DNA of 64,000 nucleotides, taken from Vitrella brassicaformis CCMP3155. Lineage: Eukaryota > Protista > Chromerida. Made by a program: the position numbers and the translations under genes. Below the pieces are notes generated by a model, which searched no databases, was not told the DNA's origin, and was given only the letters and a program-made list of their open reading frames with translations. This document shows positions 60,089 through 64,000 of the stretch, one piece after another; position 1 is the stretch's first letter, and every line of letters begins with the position of its first letter. The stretch is taken from positions 1 to 64,000 of the forward strand of contig CDMY01000098.1 of NCBI GenBank assembly GCA_001179505.1, in the 5' to 3' direction.

Positions 60089-63000
60089 TGTGTGTCAGAG
60101 AGGCCGGTAGGCAGTCTGGAAGGCGTCAGAGTGACAGCCGCGCGCGGCGCACCACGCGAGATGAACTCCTCAGCGACAAGAGGTGAATGAACGCACCCAA
60201 CCAACCCAAGCAGCGAGGGGCCTTTTTTAGTGACACACTTGTGCGTCGCGTCTCTGTTCGTTGCTGATCCGCTCGTCTACAGGTTTTCCGACATCATGAC
60301 CGAGCTCGCCCAGCCAGATACCATCGGGTAGAGAGAGAGGGGGAGAGAGAAAAGAAAGGCCGTCTTGCGAGCCAAATCGACACTTACTTGTCCGTGTGCG
60401 TCTCGATGTGTGTGTCACCGAATGCAGGCCTCTGGACGGCCCCTCCCATCTCTTCAGCATTGTCATTGCATTCGCACAGCTGGCACTTCACAAGGTGAGT
60501 GAAGTGTGTGAATGGGTGGAGAAGGAAGGGCACTGCAATTGAATAAGAGGTCCTTCACCGATGTGTGTGTGTGTGTGTATGTGTGTTGCCTTGCCTTGCC
60601 TTGCCAGGCGCCCGCGTATGAGTTCGTCTACTCGGCCATCATGCGCGACGTCACTTCCAAGCTCCCCGCTGCCGTTCCATCTCTCAGCGTGCGTCGTCAG
60701 TCAGTTATCCAAGGCGTGGCGTCCCTCTCCTTCTTCATGCGTGTCTGTGCTGTTCTGAGCAGATGAAGCTGCTGGCCCGTCTTGCATGGGCGCTGGCAAA
60801 GCTGGGCGTGAGGGAGAGTGCCGTGTGGGACGCCATCGGTCAGGAAATCACCGACGCGCCCGACCAGATGAATGAAGTGGTCAGTCAGCTCAGCGACCGC
60901 AGGCAGGACGATATGTCAGGACAAGGAGGCATCTGTATGTCATGTGTGTGTTGGTGTGGTGCCGGTTGGTATGTCGGCTGGTTTGGTTTGCAGGACTATC
61001 CTTTTTTCGTTCACGCGATGGGCTCTGTGGGCTACAAGAATGAGGCCGTGTTGAGCCTCATGGCCGACGAAGCTCTCAGGAGGGACCTGGTGTCCCAACT
61101 CAATCCTCAAGTAACTCCTCGCGCACACAGAGGGAGGGCACCACAGCCACCGCAGGCGGACACCCCTTTGTTTGTCATCTCATCTCATTCACAGGGTTTG
61201 TCGAACGTGGCATGGGCCCATGCGAAGCTGGGCATCCACAACGGGCGGCTGTTCCAGGCCCTCGGCGAGCAGGTCATCAGCCTGTCGTCCCGCTTCCGCG
61301 AGCAGGAAGTGGGCATCATCCCATGGGCATTCGCCACACTCGGTCGGTCAGTCGACACAGCTGCCACCACATGGCGTGTGATGTGCGTGGGGTGGCTGCA
61401 GGTTACTTCGACCGCGAGGTCTTCCGTGCGCTTGGGCGTGCGGCGGTTGAGAGCAAGAAGTACCTGACGACACAGCCGGCCCAAGTGGCGTGGGCCTTCG
61501 CAGCGGCCGACATGCCACAGGCACATGTGTTCAAGGCCATGGCGGAGGAGGTGGGCGATGCGAGCAGCAACTGGAATAACCGAAAAAGCGTTCAGTTCGT
61601 TTGCGTACCTTTCTGTGTCTGTATCTGTTTGTTCTGGTTGGCTGATTGGTCTGGACAGATGGTGTGGCAGCTGGACCGGTATACGGCCAAGCAGCTGTCG
61701 CAGGTCATCTGGGGGTACGGGAAGCTCGACCACATCGACCAAGCGCTGCTGCAGAAACTCACAGGCGCCGTCTTGCAAAAGTAGGAAGGAAGAGGCAAAG
61801 GGGGAAAGGGCGGGCCACACACACACACACGCACTCGTTTGTCTCCTGTCTGACTCCCGTGCGTGTGTTTGTTGTGTTTGTTGTGTCTAGGGTGTCGACC
61901 TTCAAGATGGTTGATGTGATGATGACTCTGCAAGGGCTGGCGGCCAGCCTCACGGGATCCATGCAGCACCACAAACTGGACGCACTGCCACTGGTCGACG
62001 GTACGCACGCACCCACCCACCCATACACACACACACACTCTCTCGCCCATTGGCGCGTTGTGTGTCCCTCTCAACGCAATGCAGCTCTGGCGCAGTCGGC
62101 GGTCCGCTGCCTGGCGGAGCGATCTGCCGATGTCCCTCCCCACATGTACATCAACATCCTCCGCTCCCTCGCCGAGATGCGCGTCAAAGACGAAGAACTC
62201 CTTGACCTCATTGCAGCCATCGCATACGAGCAACGGCAATCGGTTGTGGAGACGCCAGCGGCCTTCGGGAGGCTCATATGGGCGGTGCGGACGCTTGCCG
62301 AGCCGCAGGAGGGAGAGGGTGACGAGATAGAGGCCGACTCCGCTGCGGGGCGGGTGCTGGTGTATGCGAGGGAGGTGCTCGAGACATATGTGAATCGGAT
62401 GCTTGGTGCACCAGCAGCAGCCGATGGGGCGGCTTGTGGGTCAACGCCGTCGGCAGCTGTCGTGTTGAGCCTCTTCTCAAACCTGGTACGTACCACACTG
62501 ACTCAGCCGAGAGGGAGACGCCTGTAATGTGTTGCTTCATTCCATTCGATTCAGCTTGAGAGCGGTGTGCTGCCGAACCCCGAGGCCATGGCGCGTGACA
62601 TGCGGCTCATCGACAGGGTGCGGCAGATTGTGGTGGCGGCTGCAGACGACCTCACAAGATTCGACTGGGAGAAGGTGAGCAGAGCATCGGTGGGGTGTTT
62701 GTCTGGTGGCAGAGAGAGAAGAGGTCTTTTTGTGTCTTGTGTCTGGTTGTGGTTGTGGTTGTGGTTGTGGTTGTGTCCGTCCGTCAGCTGGTGGATTGCT
62801 TCGAGTTGTTTGAGCAAGTGCTGTCCGACGAGGAGCGGGACCAGTGGTTCGACATATTCGCCAACGTCCCAAGGTAAACACTCACAGACAGATCACAGAT
62901 CGCCCACAGATGCATCCAGCGGACCCACTTCACATGTGTGTGTGTGTGTGTGTGTGTGTCAGGTTCATCGGTCCCGAGGATGAGCTGGCGGCCATGCGGG

Positions 63001-63438
63001 AGCAGCTGGCCCTCGAGCAGGACGCCGAGGCGCAGAGGCGGCTGGAGGAGGAAATGAGGCAACGGCCGGAGTACAGCCATCTGCCAAAGGTGGGTCGGTC
63101 GGGTGGCCAGGCCAACGAGCCAGCCAAAGCTTATGGCGTGGACGTGTGGAGGCCTCTTCCTCTGTGTGTGTGTGTGTGTGTGCAGGGTCTGCCGCTTGAC
63201 TCTGTTGTGGTGGTTGACCCGAACGACTCTCTCACCACCCAAGGAGATGAGGTGCGTTCAGAACGTTCGTGACGTAACAGCCGGCCGGCACGTCTGCCGT
63301 ACGTCCCTGTGTGCGTCTGTGTGTGCGCGTACGTGTCAACGGCCTCAGGAGGAGCCCAGTGGCCGTCGAGGATTCGACTACGAGGCGAGAGACAGACAAG
63401 TGGTGGGCAAGGAGAGCGCGCGGGGAGGACGGCGGTGA
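58941..63438 (+). CDS. Putative plastid-targeted heptatricopeptide-repeat (HPR/OPR-like) RNA-binding protein with N-terminal KOW motif, about 20 exons
   Basis: Leader MPLSISWIWAALVVLCLASRRVDA-F-RL; KOW-like GARVRILSGRYATCEGVVV; successive 37-aa repeats, e.g. LNPQGLSNVAWAHAKLGIHNGRLFQALGEQVISLSSR / FREQEVGIIPWAFATLGYFDREVFRALGRAAVESKKY / YTAKQLSQVIWGYGKLDHIDQALLQKLTGAVLQKVST. Confidence 0.85.
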
Positions 63439-64000
63439 CCTGACGGATTCGTGGACAATTGGTGGGTCGGTCGGCTTGTGAGATGCTGTGAGATGAGGTG
63501 TTTGAGTGTTTCTCTCGTAAGGCGATTGCACTCTGTAAACACAGGAGGTGCCTTTTTCGCCGTATGTGTATGTGAGCGGCACTGATGCTGAGTGCAACTG
63601 ATGCTGGTCATGCTGGTTGATTGTTCGTCTGTCAACTTCACGAGGGTGATCTTATCTATGGTGTCTCGAGGTAAGACGCCATGGATCAGGTCGCCATCGG
63701 CTCGGTGACACACGAAGGACCAACGGCTGTGACTGTGCCGTCCTGAAGTGTGTGTTTCTGCCATGCCATCGTATCGTGGCACACGTCGGATTGGATCGGA
63801 TCTGTGTCTGTCGTCCTTTGAATGAATGGAATGGTGTGTCATGTGTGTCCCTGCCCAACCCCCGTCAGTCAGATGCATGTTCGTTCGTTAGTTGATGTCC
63901 CTCACGAGTGATTGCAGAAACATACGCAGATGGAGACAAACCAAGACAGACAGACAGACCGACAAGAAAGGAGAGATGGAGAGAGAGTTCGGCGCAGTCG

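Noticed and set aside
63378-64000. Minus-strand exon-like block after an acceptor at ~63745 (DGTVTAVGPSCVTEPMAT* or the 166-aa ORF)
   Set aside because: May be the last exon of a gene outside the window, but the frame and product cannot be established.
1-64000. Transposable elements, viral genes, rRNA, selenoprotein or stop-codon readthrough
   Set aside because: No RT, integrase or transposase motifs, LTRs or TIRs, or rRNA sequence recognised; in-frame stops in the ORF track are explained by introns under the standard code.

Overview
Eukaryotic, GC-rich, intron-dense genomic DNA. The best fit is a chromerid alveolate such as Vitrella brassicaformis; this is inferred from the microsatellite-filled introns, the TLDc family member, the GST+tRNA-binding scaffold protein and bipartite plastid-targeting leaders. 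I can reconstruct about 18 spliced protein genes and two tRNA-Ser genes. In order: Yos1/IER3IP1-like(-), tRNA-Ser-CGA(-), tRNA-Ser-AGA(+), 3R-MYB(+), proline-rich/coiled-coil protein(-), small hypothetical(+), NiCoT/UreH-like transporter(-), ALYREF-like(+), At4g15545-like(-), Arc1p/AIMP1-like(+), LENG1-like(-), TOGARAM-like(+), SFT2(-), sestrin(+), secreted Pro/Thr-rich protein(-), multi-pass membrane protein(+), ABCG(-), tandem TLDc(+, frameshifted), divergent kinase(-), putative plastid protein(-), KOW + heptatricopeptide-repeat protein(+). There are six 300-N scaffold gaps, and the ABCG 3' end is present three times around two of them. No transposase, reverse transcriptase, rRNA or CRISPR array was recognised. 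Main observations: (1) genes alternate strand almost perfectly in head-to-head pairs, six of the shared promoters carry AAGCTCGC/GCGAGCTT, and two share a 26/28-bp element; (2) introns carry complementary CA/GACA (5') and TG/TGTC (3') microsatellites in place of a polypyrimidine tract; (3) a probable plastid-targeted KOW-HPR RNA-binding protein; (4) 38-bp exact direct repeats flank the TLDc locus. All exon structures were read by eye, so the boundaries need RNA-seq confirmation.
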